From the NCBI GenBank assembly GCA_963920595.1, contig OY986949.1, forward strand, positions 1,798,001 through 1,862,000: a stretch of DNA of 64,000 nucleotides, given 5' to 3'. The notes under the pieces are model-generated. The model did not search any database. It saw nothing but the letters and a program-made list of their open reading frames with translations, and was not told the origin of the DNA. This document shows positions 14,133-28,395 of this stretch, piece after piece. How positions within the stretch are numbered: position 1 is the first letter of the stretch; every line of letters begins with the position of its first letter. Source of the stretch: Eimeria praecox (taxonomy: Eukaryota). The position numbers and the translations under genes were made by a program.

Positions 14133-14204
14133 TTAGCCCTCGACATCGGTTACAATGCCCTCATCGTTAAGTTCCATACAAAAAACTTGCGGATCAGGAG
14201 GGGC

Positions 14205-14235
<31 letters not shown>

Positions 14236-14237
14236 TC

Positions 14238-14275
<38 letters not shown>

Positions 14276-14412
14276 AGGTGGACGTGAAGCCTATAGGAGG
14301 CACCAAAGGTCTCCTGCTGCAGCTGCCTTTGTTAAGAGGAGAGGGATCGTCTCCTCCCTCGGAAGCTACGATCCCATCGAAATCATCTGCTTCATCTGAG
14401 CTGCTGCTGCTG

Positions 14413-14449
<37 letters not shown>

Positions 14450-14695
14450 TGCTACGACTGCTGCTGTTTCTAATGTTGTTTTTTCTATTAGCTGCTTCCT
14501 GCTGCAGCAGCAGCAGCTGCTGCCGCTGTGTCTGCGCAGACACCTCCTGTACACTCAACAGCAGCCGCTGCACTGCCTGCTGCAGCAGCATATCTGCTAG
14601 AGCTACCATTTCAACTCTACACGGCCTCATCAGCTTCTCCTCTTTAACTATTTCTTCTTCAAGGGGACAAGTGCTCTGTCTTGAGCTGCTTGGAG

Positions 14696-14760
<65 letters not shown>

Positions 14761-15172
14761 TTGTTGTTGTTGCCTCGATCTTTCTGCCGCTGTCGAAGCC
14801 GCAGGCGTTTCTGCTGCTGCTGCTGCTGTTGTTGTTGTTGCTGCTGCTGCTGCGTGTCTTGATGCTTCTTTGCTTTCAAACGCCTCCTCCTTATTCCCTC
14901 ATTGTGCTGCTGACTTGTTTGGTGCTGCTGCTGCTGCTGCTGCTGCTGTTTGAGGTGTCTCCTCTGTTCTACAACGGGTTTAACTAAACCTACCAGGCCA
15001 AGTGTGGGGTGTACATGCAGGTATTTTCTCAAAAACCGATGGAAGAGAGGCATTAAACCCCTTCTTCTATCTTTTGCTCGGACTATGAATATATTCTCTT
15101 TGGAGGGGCCCCTCTGCAGCAGCAGCCGATTCATTGCTGTATAAGGTTCTGCTAGATGCTTATCAGCTGCTG

Positions 15173-15234
<62 letters not shown>

Positions 15235-15327
15235 GATGCTGCTGTGCTTGTAGATACGCTGAAACTAGAAGAGAAGCTTCGAGCAGCATCCTCATCAGAT
15301 AAAATACGAGAAGAGATATACAGCTGC

Positions 15328-15361
<34 letters not shown>

Positions 15362-15513
15362 CAGCAGCAGCAGCAGAGGGCCCTGAAGCATTAATAGTAT
15401 TGCCTGCTGCATCTATGCTACGTAAGTATAAGAAGGCTACAGCATCCCACCCACTGAAACCATCTGCTGCTGTCTCTTCTTCTGTTGTTAGACTGTCTCC
15501 TTCTTCTTCCTGC

Positions 15514-15553
<40 letters not shown>

Positions 15554-15933
15554 TAGATGCAGCACGAACTGCCCCCGCCTTCCTCTCTGCTGCAGCTGCA
15601 TCAGCAGCAGCAGCAGCAGGTGCTGCTGCTGTTTCTAAACCACCCCCAGCACCCCCACCACCCCCAGCAGCACCACCACCACCAGCACCACCAGCAGCAC
15701 CACCACCACCAGCAGCAGGAGCAGGAGCAGCAGCAGCAGCAAGAGCAGCAGCAGACGTATCAGCAAATGTAAGACCCCTCTTAAGGGTCTGATCGGGTGG
15801 AAGCTCGCTGCTGTCTGCTGCAGCAGATAGTCCCCAATAAACAGACATACAAAAACTACGTAGCCAACTATCATCGCGTAGTAAATGACGAACACATACT
15901 TGAAAGATACCTACACACATTTAACACACACAA

Positions 15934-15986
<53 letters not shown>

Positions 15987-16283
15987 GTATCCATCTCTAT
16001 ACCTCTATATCTCTATATCTCTATATCTCTATATCTCTATATATCTATATATCTATATCTATCTACATATATATATATATACACTAGAATATTATACACT
16101 AAAATATTATATTTTACACACAAAGACAAAGACAAAGACCTGCATGTACACTAGAAATATATCTAAAACTATTATACAAACACAGAGAAAGACCTGCATA
16201 TACACTCTAAATATATCTAAAACTATTATATTATACAAAGACAAAGACACAGACATACACTAGCAATATACTACAAATATCAT

Positions 16284-16314
<31 letters not shown>

Positions 16315-16351
16315 TACACATATATCCACATGACATGTGCTGCTGCTGCTA

Positions 16352-16384
<33 letters not shown>

Positions 16385-16528
16385 TTGCAGCAAAACATCT
16401 TACCTGCTGTCTCCTTGGATGCAATAATTCTCGCGCCTTCCATGGTGTTGTTTTCTGCTGCTTCTGTTGGTGCTGCTGCTGCTATGCTGCTGAGGAAGCT
16501 GCTAGCAGCAATGTGCGACTCTTGCTGC

Positions 16529-16566
<38 letters not shown>

Positions 16567-16723
16567 CGGCTGCAGCACATCAAGAAAGAAGTCTGTCCCC
16601 TCTATCTTCAAGACACACAGAAATGTTAGGTGCCAGTAGCCCTTATCAGGGCTGCTGCTGCAGCGAGTCAGTGCTGCTTCGGGGCTAGTCTCCCACTGTG
16701 GGGCCCCTGCTGCTGCTCGTTTA

Positions 16724-16759
<36 letters not shown>

Positions 16760-16875
16760 AATCTGCTGCTGCTGCTGCTGCTGCTGCTGTTTGGTCCTAA
16801 GCTGAGGCTGTTCAGCATATTCATAGATCGAAGAGATGCAATAAGTGCTTCTTCAATGATTTTGTGCTGCTCCAC

Positions 16876-16930
<55 letters not shown>

Positions 16931-17281
16931 AGTACTTCTCTTATCTTTCCTCTAGAAGAAATCCCTCTATCATCAAATATCCTTCGCGGTGTCTTAAGAG
17001 CTGTTGAAGCCAAAGAAGGTCTGCAGGTATGAGACCCTCCACCCCACACTCCCCCCAGGCGAAGGGAGGGGGCCCCCCCCAGGGCCCCCCCCCCCAGGGG
17101 CCCCCCCAAGGGGCCCCCCAAGGGGCCCCCCAAGGGGCCCCCCAAGGGGGGGGGGCCCCCAAGGGGGGGGCCCCCCCGAGGGGCCCCTGACCCTCGAGGC
17201 CGTCGCAGCACATCTAGATTTAAAGGTGTTATGCCTAAGGACCGCGGCTTCTGCTTCTGCTGCTGCTGCTGCTCCTGCTGC

Positions 17282-17317
<36 letters not shown>

Positions 17318-17647
17318 AGGGGAGGAGGGGGTTTATCTGGGGCTGTAGGATGCTGCAGCTGCAGCGTTAGTTGTCGGTGTTGTTCCTTCATAGACAATGG
17401 GGGTACAGCAGCAGCACCAGGGGCCCCCGAAGCAGCATCAGCATCAGCAGCAGCAGCAGCAGCAGCAGAAGCAGCAGCAGGGGCCCCCAAAGGAGCAGCA
17501 AGAGCAAACCGAGGCCCCAAGGGGCCCCTGCACGTAAGACAGCCGCGAGAGACAGCAGCAGCATGTATTCTAGTTAAATCTTTTCTTGGCGTTGCTCCTG
17601 CTGCTTCTGCTGCAGCAGCAATCTCAGCAGCACGACGAAGTAGTATT

Positions 17648-17689
<42 letters not shown>

Positions 17690-17846
17690 AGCACCTCTGC
17701 CATACGTTCATTAGCACAGCGAAAGGCCTCCTTCTGATTCCATAGAGAATCTACCTGCTGCTGCAGCTGCTCTCTCTCCTGCAGCAGCTGCTGTATAACA
17801 GCAGCACACACACTAGCACTGGCTAGATCCCCCTCCTGTCTCGTGC

Positions 17847-17881
<35 letters not shown>

Positions 17882-18141
17882 TTGTTGCTGTTGTTGCTGC
17901 TGCTATCTGCTTCTGCTCCTGCTGCAGCAGCAGCAGCAGGACTCAGCGTAAGTGAAGCAGCAGCAGCAGCAGCAGCAGCAAGGGGGCCCCCTCGGTCTAA
18001 CCTAGATTGAAGAAGAGAAGAGACAGACTGTCTCTCAAACTGCTGCCGCAGCAACTCCACTGTCCCCGGGTTAACCCCAAACTGTTCAGTTGATTTTGCT
18101 GCTGTTCTTGCTGCTGCAGTGTCTCCATCAACATCTTCTGC

Positions 18142-18179
<38 letters not shown>

Positions 18180-18298
18180 CTGCTGCTGTGGATGATGACT
18201 GCAGGGGAGAGGAGCCACAAGAAGGAGAGCTGCTGCGAGATGCTGCGCTTGTAAGGCTGCAAATAGAGGAGTTTGTGGCTGTTGAGGTTTGCTGCTGC

Positions 18299-18340
<42 letters not shown>

Positions 18341-18402
18341 AGGGCCTCCTCGGGGATACCTGCTGCTGCAGCAGCGGCCTCTGCGTATGTCATACGCTTC
18401 AT
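14133..18402 (-). CDS. Hypothetical protein, 2 exons (18402-16404, 15898-14133), coiled-coil-like and rich in homopolymer runs
   Basis: Two long ORFs joined by a GT-AG intron (GCAG|gtaag...tttcaag|TA, phase 1, giving KETA-V-CVRHLL). Non-repeat islands look like real protein ([67 protein letters not shown]). No family recognised; start codon uncertain. Confidence 0.75.
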
Positions 18403-18632
18403 GACTGTCTCCTCTTAGGTGTCTGCTGGAGGCAGTGAGGCTTAATGCTGCTGCTGCAGCAGCAGCAGCAGCAGCAAGCTGCAGCAGCAGCAGCAGCAAG
18501 CTGCAACAGCAGCAGCAGCAGGAGCAGCAAGCTGCTGCAGCAGCTTGGGGTTTGAGGATTGTTTGCTGTTAACAGCAGCTTAATAATGGCTGGAGAGCTG
18601 CTGCTGCTCCTGCTGCTGCTGCTGCTGCTGCT

Positions 18633-18682
<50 letters not shown>

Positions 18683-18810
18683 AGAGGCCGATCCAGGGGG
18701 TTGATACTAGAAGCTGCTTTGTTGCTGCTATTAAGCAACTGTTCTGAAGCAACAACACGCAGATGTGGGGCCCCGCTGCTGCTGCGGCTACTGCAGCAGC
18801 AGCAGCAGCA

Positions 18811-18842
<32 letters not shown>

Positions 18843-19104
18843 ATGCTGATGTCGCCTGCGACTCAGAGCGACAGCAGCAGCTAGTTGCTGCTTCCTGCTG
18901 CTGCGAGGATGCTGCTGCAGCAGTATCTGTATAATATAAATTATATTTTTATTTTATTATTTATTTAAATAAAATACAACTCGTACAAATATTCAGTTAA
19001 TTGGGGCCTCTCTAATAACAACAGCAGCAGCAGCAGCTGCAGCAAAAGCAGCAGCAGCAGCAGCAGCAACACCGCAGGTGCTCGCAGCAGCAGAACCTGT
19101 GCCG

Positions 19105-19181
<77 letters not shown>

Positions 19182-19312
19182 GCCTACGTTGGGGCTGTAT
19201 AGAATACAATTTATTTAATAATATTTAATATAGAATAATATATTTTATAATAATATATAATTGTTTACAAATATATACGAAGACAGCAGGCGAATCAACG
19301 CATAGAAAACCC

Positions 19313-19343
<31 letters not shown>

Positions 19344-19734
19344 ACTAATACTGCTGCTGCTGCTGCTGTTGTTGTTTATTTGTTTTTGTGAGACAACTAG
19401 AGATAAATATAAAGAAGAGAGAGAGATAGAGAGGATCTCTGTCTCTCTCCCTCTCTCTCTGTATATGTTCTTCCTCTTAATACAGCTCTCTCTGCGGTGT
19501 ATGTACACCTCGCTACTAGCAACAGGCTACAAACTATTAATAAAGCAACTGACAGCTGCAGCAGAACCCTCCTCCTGTTGCTGCTGCTGCTGCTGCTGCT
19601 GTTGTTGTTGTTGCTGCCGCTGCTGCTGCTGCAGCTGTACAGGTTTCTGCCGCTGCCGCAAGACTCGCTGCTCTTGCTGCTGCTGCTGCTGCTGCTGGTG
19701 CTGCAGCTACAGTAGAACGTAATAGAGGAAGATA

Positions 19735-19910
19735 AACTAAACTAAACTAAATAAAATAAAATAAAATAAAATAAAATAAAATAAAATATAATATAATAAT
19801 ATATATTAAATATTATATTAAGAACAGACTCTCTCTCCTTATTTGTATATCCGCTGAAGATAGTACTAACATACTAAAGAAGAAACAGACAGCAATAAAA
19901 TACAAACATA

Positions 19911-19941
<31 letters not shown>

Positions 19942-20075
19942 TAATTAATTAATTAATTAATTAATTAATTAATTAATATTATTATTATTGTTATTGTTAT
20001 CAATTAATATTAATATTATTATTATTATTTATTATTTATTATTTATTATTTTTATTATTATTTATTATTATTTAT
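19735..20075. repeat. AT-rich microsatellites (AAAAT)n, (ATT)n, (TTAA)n
   Basis: Directly visible. Confidence 0.85.
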
Positions 20076-20165
20076 CTGTCTGTCTAATTAAACATATAAT
20101 AAAAAAAATGTATACTAAGGAGAAAAAGACAGCTAGCCACGGCCTCTTATCATCGCTAGCTGGCT

Positions 20166-20214
<49 letters not shown>

Positions 20215-20280
20215 GCAGCACATCTAACCGATGCCGCCGGGCTTTCTAACTCGCAAAGCTGCGGTGCCCCTCCCCCCTGC

Positions 20281-20337
<57 letters not shown>

Positions 20338-20550
20338 GCCAGCAGCAAATATAATTATTTGGCGTCGCATACACTGCGGCGGTCTACCTGTCTGCTGCAC
20401 TAAGATAAATAAATTGCTGCTGAATTTGCTGCTGCAGCAACACCTGCTGCTGCTGTTGCTGCTGCTGCTGCTGTTGCTGCTGCCGCTGCTGCTGCTGGAG
20501 GGTTTGCTGCATCAGCAGCATTCAGTTCTGCTGCTCCTGCAGCAGATCTC

Positions 20551-20583
<33 letters not shown>

Positions 20584-20651
20584 TGCGGTGATGCACTGGC
20601 CCCTCACATAGGCATACGCTTCTCAGATTTCTTCAACCTGGGGTTTGCTGC

Positions 20652-20702
<51 letters not shown>

Positions 20703-20787
20703 AGTTGCTGCTGCTGCTGCAGTTGCTGCTGCTGCTGCAGTTGCTGCTGCTGCTGCTGCTGTTGGATCTATCTGCATGCAATGCTGA

Positions 20788-20912
20788 CTAGTTGCGGTGT
20801 CTGTGCTGCTCTGCTGTCTCCGTCTTGTATGTGTTGGGGTGTATCGACGAAGCTGCAGCAGCAGCAGCAGCAGCATCAGGGGGTGCAGCATGCATACGTT
20901 CCATTGCTGCGC

Positions 20913-20947
<35 letters not shown>

Positions 20948-21097
20948 GCTTGCATGCGAGGGGGCCCCACACTTTCTTCTCTTATGTTAGTGCTGCTGTA
21001 TGCCTGTTTACTAATCGTGAAGCCACGAATGTGTCTCCTTGTTTGAACTAGTGCAGCAGAGGAGACATGTGTGGGGTCATGCTCAGCAGCAGCAGCA

Positions 21098-21130
<33 letters not shown>

Positions 21131-21529
21131 CTAGAGTTATTAGATAGAGAAGTCTTGAGCCTTAGCTCCTTAACACAACTACCACAATTATATCTCTTTG
21201 AGTTTTTCTGCTGCAGTTGCTGCGATTGCTGCTGCAGCAGCTGTTCTTGTTCCTGCTGCTCTTCTTCTTCTTCCTGCTGCTGCTGCTGCAGCAGCAGTTG
21301 CTGCTGCAGCAGCTGCTGCTGCTGTTTGCGCTTCTGTCTCTCTGCCCTTCTCTTTCTCACCTCTCTCTGCATCCGAAGAAGATCTGCTTCTCTTCTAATT
21401 GCTTTCATGCGTAAACTACTTTGTTTAATTTTATTTCGTAGCCACCAAATTGCTGCTGCTGCTGCTGCAGCAATAACTGCAGCAGCAGCAAGCCAAGCAC
21501 ATTTTTCTTTAGGATTTAAACTCGTCCAG

Positions 21530-21567
<38 letters not shown>

Positions 21568-21827
21568 TAGAGGGAGACCTAAGACCCACGCTATTTTATT
21601 TTGTTTCTGTAGAGATAAACCTGCTCGTTGTAGGTTTTCGCTTGTTGGTTCAAGCCCTCTGCTCACAAGTTGTTTTGCTGCTGTTCTTGCATTTTTTATA
21701 TCTTTCCAAATCTCTTCTCTTTCTGTCTCTGACATTAAAGGAGTGTTCTCGACAAGACGCACATACAGAGGGTCTTCACTGTCTCCTCCTCTCCCTCCTG
21801 CTGCTGCTGCTGCTGCTCCTGCTGCTG

Positions 21828-21866
<39 letters not shown>

Positions 21867-21962
21867 CTGCTGCTGCACCGTGCCACAGACCTGCAGCACC
21901 CCCAGCCCCTCTTAACCAATCCCCAGTTTGCAGCTCAAGGGACCCCACACGCATCAAAGCTG

Positions 21963-22033
<71 letters not shown>

Positions 22034-22524
22034 ATTAGATTTAGATTAAGAGCCTCAGCTATTTTGCGTTGAGTGTATAGAGACACCCCAGCTTTCAGGA
22101 GATTTTCTGTTGTGGGGTCTATGCCGTGCTGCTGCAGCTTTAATGCTGCTGCGTGAGATTGATGCAGCTGCTGCAGCAGCATTTGCTGCTCTGCTGCTGT
22201 TTTATTTGCTGCTGCTCTCTGTATCTGCTGCAGCAGCTCAGCAGGTACGGTGTCTGTCTCTATTTCTTTTTCTGTAGGGGCCCAAGATGCATCGTTTCTA
22301 GGATTTGATTTACCTGCTGCTGCTGCTGCTGCTGCTGCTCCAGCTGCTGCTGTTGCTGCTCCTGCTACTGCTGCACCTGCTGCTGCTGCTGCTCCTGCTG
22401 CTGCTGCTGCTGCTGCACCTCCTGCTTTCGAGGAAGAAGATGAAGACACCTCCTCAACACTTTCGTGAGTAGACTCCGCCGCTTGCTTTCTTGTCTCCTC
22501 CTGCTGCTTCTCCCTGAAGCAGCA

Positions 22525-22555
<31 letters not shown>

Positions 22556-22761
22556 CAGCAACAGCAGCAACAGCAGCAACAGCAGCAGCAACAGCAGACC
22601 GGGCGTCGTAGCATAAGAAACAACAGCAGCAACAACAAAAAGAGAGGCAGCAGCAACGATACGAACACAGCACCCACAGCAGCAACAGCAGCATCAGCAG
22701 CAACAGCAGCATCAGCAGCACGAGCAGCAACAGCAACAGCAGCAGCAGCACGAGCAGCAGC

Positions 22762-22793
<32 letters not shown>

Positions 22794-23005
22794 TCTGCGG
22801 TTTATACTTGTCACTCTTTTGTTCTTTGTGGAGCTGTTCGTTCTCTCTCTTCTTTCTCTCTTCTCTCTTCTCTTTACTGTCTCCTTCTTCTTCTATATCA
22901 AATTCTGTTTGTGGTGTCTCCTCATTCGTAGCAAAAGCAGCAGACAGCCACGTAGACACACCCCCCACAGGGTGTTTTGTCCCCTTCCGCAGCAGGAATC
23001 GTGCT

Positions 23006-23053
<48 letters not shown>

Positions 23054-23329
23054 ACAGCAGCAGCAGAAGCAGCAGCAGCAGAAGCAGAAGGAGACACGCA
23101 TGCAATGAGAAGCAGAGAAGCAGCAGAAATAAAACAGAGACACTCATACCCCACAAATACAACTGTAGGTAATAGCAGCAGCAGCAGCAGCAGCAGCAAC
23201 AGCAACAACAACATCAGCGAAAGCAGTCGCAGCAGCACCAAAAGCAGCAGCAACAAACAGTAGCAACACCAGCAGCAACAGCAGCAGCAACAACAACAGC
23301 AACGGCAGCAGCAACAACAACAGAAACAG

Positions 23330-23361
<32 letters not shown>

Positions 23362-23368
23362 AAAACAA

Positions 23369-23403
<35 letters not shown>

Positions 23404-23586
23404 GCAGCAGCAACAGTAACAGCAGCAGCAGCAGCAATAGAGGATGCAGCCTAACCTGGTTTGTTAGGTTTGTCTTGTTTGTTGCTGCTGTCTGTGTCTC
23501 CTTCTTCATCTTCTTCTGTCTCCTTTTTATTCTTGCTGCTGCTGTTTGTTTCTGCTGTCTCCTCAGCCTTTCCTGTCTCTTCTTTC

Positions 23587-23631
<45 letters not shown>

Positions 23632-23736
23632 CTCTCTTCTGCTTCATCTTCATCTTCTGTTTCTTTGTGTCTCTTTTTGTTTTTTCTATCTTCCTTCTCA
23701 TCTTCTTCTTCATCGTTCTCCTTCTCATCTCCTTCT

Positions 23737-23780
<44 letters not shown>

Positions 23781-24242
23781 ATTCTTGTCTTTAGGATCTG
23801 CTGCATCATCGTCTCCCTCGTCTTCCTCTGCAGGTGTCTCCTTGCTGTCTCCTCTGTCTCCTTTTGCTGTCTCCTTATCAGCATCCTCCTCATCTTCTTC
23901 TTCATCTTCTCCTGCTCCATCGCCCTTGCTGCTTGTCTGTACAAACCCCGGAGCCTGGAAGCAGCAGCAGCAGCAGCAACAGCAACAGCAGCAGCAGCAG
24001 CAGCAGCAGATTGCTTCAGACTTCTGCATCGATCGACGGCAAGACAAGCCCCACACTACTGCAGCAGAAGCAACTGCTGCTATACGTGCAGCAGATACAG
24101 CAGCAGCTGCTGTTGCAGCTGCTGCTGCTGCAGCTGCTGTTGCAGCTGCTGTTGCTGCTGCTGCTGCTGCTGCAGCAGCAGGCCACCTGCCTTTGATGCT
24201 GCTGTCATGGAAACAGCCGCAAAACGCAAAGACAGAAAACCA

Positions 24243-24273
<31 letters not shown>

Positions 24274-24295
24274 GCAGCAACAGCAGCAGCAGCAA

Positions 24296-24339
<44 letters not shown>

Positions 24340-24440
24340 CTGACCAGAAGGAAGCGCTTCTCGCGGCGCATTCGTCTTGGGGGCCCCGTCCTACGACTTT
24401 GAGGAGGAGACAAACCCGAGCAGATGCTGCAGCTATCAGG

Positions 24441-24480
<40 letters not shown>

Positions 24481-24519
24481 TGCTGCGGTTGCAGGAGCCC
24501 ACGAGTCTTCCATCGTCTT

Positions 24520-24558
<39 letters not shown>

Positions 24559-24839
24559 CTGAGTTTTGTCTGACCTCCCTGCATCTTCTGCTTTAGGATC
24601 GTGCTGCTCCTATCCCAGCAGCAGCAAGGGGGGCCCCCTAGGGGGCCCCTCCGGGGGCCCCCTGGGGGCCCCTCCCGGGGCCCCTCTTGGGGCCCCCCAA
24701 GTTGTAGTCCCTCTGGGGGCCCCTCTGGGGGGCCCCCTGGGGGCTCCCCCGGGGGCCCCTCCTGGGGGCCCCCCGAGGAATCCTGTGGGGGCCCCCTCGG
24801 GGGGCCCCCTATCCTTTGGGGGGCCCCCTCGTATATCAT
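20788..24839 (-). CDS. Predicted single-pass membrane protein with an acidic region and a duplicated ~40-aa module; 4 exons (24839-24345, 23954-23456, 23003-22808, 22513-20788)
   Basis: Three GT-AG introns with consistent phases (0, 1, 2). N-terminal poly-Leu hydrophobic stretch, D/E-rich region, two copies of 'A..L...G..PT.ENL..AG.SL..Q.KIA..L.L.L', then a TM-like [20 protein letters not shown] followed by basic RNKIK. Start and 3' end are uncertain. Confidence 0.7.
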
Positions 24840-25260
24840 CGGGTATAGGGGGCCCCCCTACAGAATTGAAGGCCCATGGGGCCCCGGGGCCCCCTTCTCA
24901 CTGCAGCAATTCGCAGCAGGAGATGAGGGGGCCCCCCTCCCCCCCCTGTACCCTATTGGGGGGCCCCTTTAGTATTAGAAGACCTTGAAGGGGGGCCCCC
25001 CTATATCTTGTTTTTCTAAACAAGCTCAGGGGCCCCTGTCCCCTCCACTGTATCCAAGGGGGCCCCCCCCCCCTCCCCTAAAGAAGATAGTAGAATAAAT
25101 ATAATAAAGAAAGAAGATAAAATAAAAACTGAAGATGGGGTTTATTTGTATAAACCCGAAGGCCTCGCAGCTAGCTGCAGCATTGCTGCAGATTGGTGTC
25201 TCCTCATCTGCTGCTGTCTGTCTCCTTATCAAGCAAATACATTCAATATAAACCACTCTT

Positions 25261-25291
<31 letters not shown>

Positions 25292-25384
25292 AGCAGCAGC
25301 AGCAGCAGCAGGGGGGAGCAGCAGCAGCAGCAGCTGCTGCTGCTGCTGCTCTCCGACCCCGAGTGTGTCTGCAGCCGACTCCCC

Positions 25385-25416
<32 letters not shown>

Positions 25417-25551
25417 TTGCTGCTGCAGTTTGTTTATTTAATTATTTTATTTAATTATTTTATATTATAGAAAAATATTTAGATATTTCTGCTGTTCGAT
25501 CGCTCAGCAGCAGAAGCTGAGGGCCCTCCAGACCTTATTGCTGCTCCCTGC

Positions 25552-25600
<49 letters not shown>

Positions 25601-25947
25601 CTCATAGCCTCATGAGTTTAAGTGTTTTTGCTGCTGAATATCTGGCTTGCTGCTGTCCTGTTGCTGCTGCTGCTGCTGTTGTGCTGCTGCTGCTGTTGCT
25701 GCTGCTGTTGCTGCTCGTACGCATCCTGCTGCAGCAGCTGTGTCCCCTCGCACACAAATCTACAACTAGCTGCAGCAGCAGCAGCAGCAGGGCAGCATCA
25801 GCAGCAGGGCAGCAGCAGCAGCAACAAGCTACTATCCCTCCTATATAGCCCCTGCCTCCTCCTGAGGTGTCTGTACAGCTAAGATGTGTTTGCTGCATAC
25901 TCCTCTCTTCTCTCTGCTGCTGATGAAGCAGTGAGGGCTGGCGTCCC

Positions 25948-25981
<34 letters not shown>

Positions 25982-26059
25982 CTGTTTGTCTCTCTCTATC
26001 TCTCTCTCCCTCACTGTCTCTAATACTGTCTCCTCTAGGTCGCATCTAAACAAAACCCA

Positions 26060-26320
26060 CAGCTAGCTAGTCAGCTAGCTAGCTAGCTAGCTAGCTAGCT
26101 AGCTCTCTGGTTCGCTACTTCGTTAATTATCTATCTATCCATCTATCTATCTAGCTGGCTAGCTAGCTAGCTAGCCAGCAAGCTAGCTAACCAGCTAGCT
26201 ATCTATCTATCTAGCTGGCTATCTATTTATCTATCTATCTATCTAGCTAGCTATCTAGCCAGCCCGCTAGCTAGCCCGCTAGCTGGCCAGCTAGCTATCT
26301 ATCTAGCTAGCTAGCTAGTT
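26060..26320. repeat. (TAGC)n/(TATC)n tract
   Basis: Directly visible. Confidence 0.85.
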
Positions 26321-26354
26321 TCAATCGAGTGTTGGTTAGTCCTCTTGAGTTTAA

Positions 26355-26915
26355 GGAGACAAATAAATAAAAGAAAGAGACAAATAAATAAATAAAAGGA
26401 GACAAATAAATAAAATAAAAGAAAGAGACAGATAAATTAGAGAAGGAGACAGATAAATAAACAGAAAGAGACAGATAAATAAATAAAAGAAAGAGACAGA
26501 TAAATTAGAGAGGGAGACAAACAAACAAAGAGACAAATAAATTAAATAAAGGAGACAAATAAATAAATAGAAAGAAAGAGACAGATAAATAAACAGAAAG
26601 AGACAGATAAATAAATAAAAGAAAGAGACAGATAAATAAATAAACAGAAAGAGACAGATAAATAAATAAACAGAAAGAGACAGATAAATAAATAAAAGAA
26701 AGAGACAGATAAATAAATAAAAGAAAGAGACAGATAAATAAATAAAAGAACGAGACAGATAAATAAATAAAAGAAAGAGACAGATAAATAAATAAAAGAA
26801 AGAGACAGATAAATAAATAAAAGAACGAGACAGATAAATAAATAAAAGAAAGAGACAGATAAATAAATAAAAGAAAGAGACAGATAAATAAAAATAAAGA
26901 GACAGAAATAAATAG
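26355..26915 (+). repeat. ~25-bp minisatellite (AAATAAATAAAAGAAAGAGACAGAT)n
   Basis: Roughly 20 degenerate tandem copies; produces the spurious 'YLSLSFIYLS' ORFs. Confidence 0.9.
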
Positions 26916-27243
26916 AAAGACGAGGATGTTGAAACAAAGAGACAGATAATAATAAAAAGGAGACAGACAAATCAAAGAGGAGACAGAGACAGAGACAGAG
27001 ACGAGAAAGATAAAGAAGAAGAGACAGAGAAGACAGCAGATATAAACAATAAAAACAAACACAGACAGAAAAACAAACAAACACAACAGCAACAACCAAG
27101 GGACAGAAGACTACACATAGCTGCTGTCTCTAGCTAGCTAACTACCTAGCTAGCTAGAGACAGTAGCTAGCTGGCTAGCTAGCTAGCTAGTTGCTTCCCC
27201 AACAATACAGGTAGCTGCTAGCTAGCTAGCTGTATGACTAGCT

Positions 27244-27291
<48 letters not shown>

Positions 27292-27295
27292 CTAT

Positions 27296-28009
27296 TTATG
27301 CTGCTAGAACGAATATAAGAGGGAGAATGTTAAGGAGGAGAGTAGCTGCAGAGACAGCAGCACTAAGGAGGAAGTGTCTCCTCTCTCCTACAGGTACGAA
27401 GAAATAGATATACTCATCGCCTGCTGCTGCTGCTGCTGCTGCTGTTGCTGCTGTTCTTGCTGCTGCTTCTGCTGCTGCATTTGTCTCTCCTTCTGCAGCT
27501 TCTGCTGCTTCTGCTGCTGCTGTTTCTGCTGCTGCTGCTACTGCTGCAGCTATTTCTTTATCTGCTGCTGCTGCAGCAGCAGCAGCAGCAGCAGCAGCAG
27601 TTAACTGCTGACTGCCTCCTCTCCCTCTACAAGTAAGCCGTACAAGTGGAGTAGCAGCAGCAGCAAGCAACAAACCTTTGCAGCTGCTGCTGCTGCAGGG
27701 GGGCCCATATCTCAGGTGTACAGGCAGCTGCAGCACTACATCCCCCCCTGTCTCCGGGGCCCCCCTCAGCAAATTAGGGTGTATAGGCACCTCCTGCACC
27801 ACGGAGACAGGGGGCCCCAGCTTCTTTGAATAGCTTGGCTGTTCGACATCAACTAACACTTTCCTATCACCGCAGGGTACCCCTGGGGGGCCCCCTGAGG
27901 GGCCCCCTGGGGGGCCCCCTGAGGGGCCCTCTGAGGGGCCCCCTGAGGGGCCCCTAGGACAATAGGGTTTGAAGAGAGTCGTAGGGTGAAGTAGCAAAGG
28001 GAAATTAGC

Positions 28010-28068
<59 letters not shown>

Positions 28069-28341
28069 CTTGTTTCTTCTGTTTATCGAGGGCCCCTAAT
28101 TCGTATGTTTGGTCTGGATCTGCAAATAGCTGCTGCGGTAGATTATATTGTAGAGAAAGAAGACATGCATCAGAGGCATCATCATCATCTGCTGCTGCTG
28201 CTGCTGCTGCTGGTGGTGTGTCCTGCTGCTGCTGCTGCTGCTGCTGCTGCAGCTGCAGCAGAATGCGTGTCTCGAAGACGCGGTGGAAGCCTTTGCCTTG
28301 CAGCGATGTTGAAGCCTTCTTCAGGGACAGAGAAATGCTGC

Positions 28342-28395
<54 letters not shown>

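Noticed and set aside
23461..24596. Long + strand ORFs of poly-L/A/S/C, and similar antisense ORFs throughout
   Set aside because: Shadow frames of CAG/CTG tracts opposite a spliced, phase-consistent minus-strand gene.
26505..27099. Apparently multi-TM hydrophobic ORFs
   Set aside because: Translation of a 25-bp AT-rich minisatellite.
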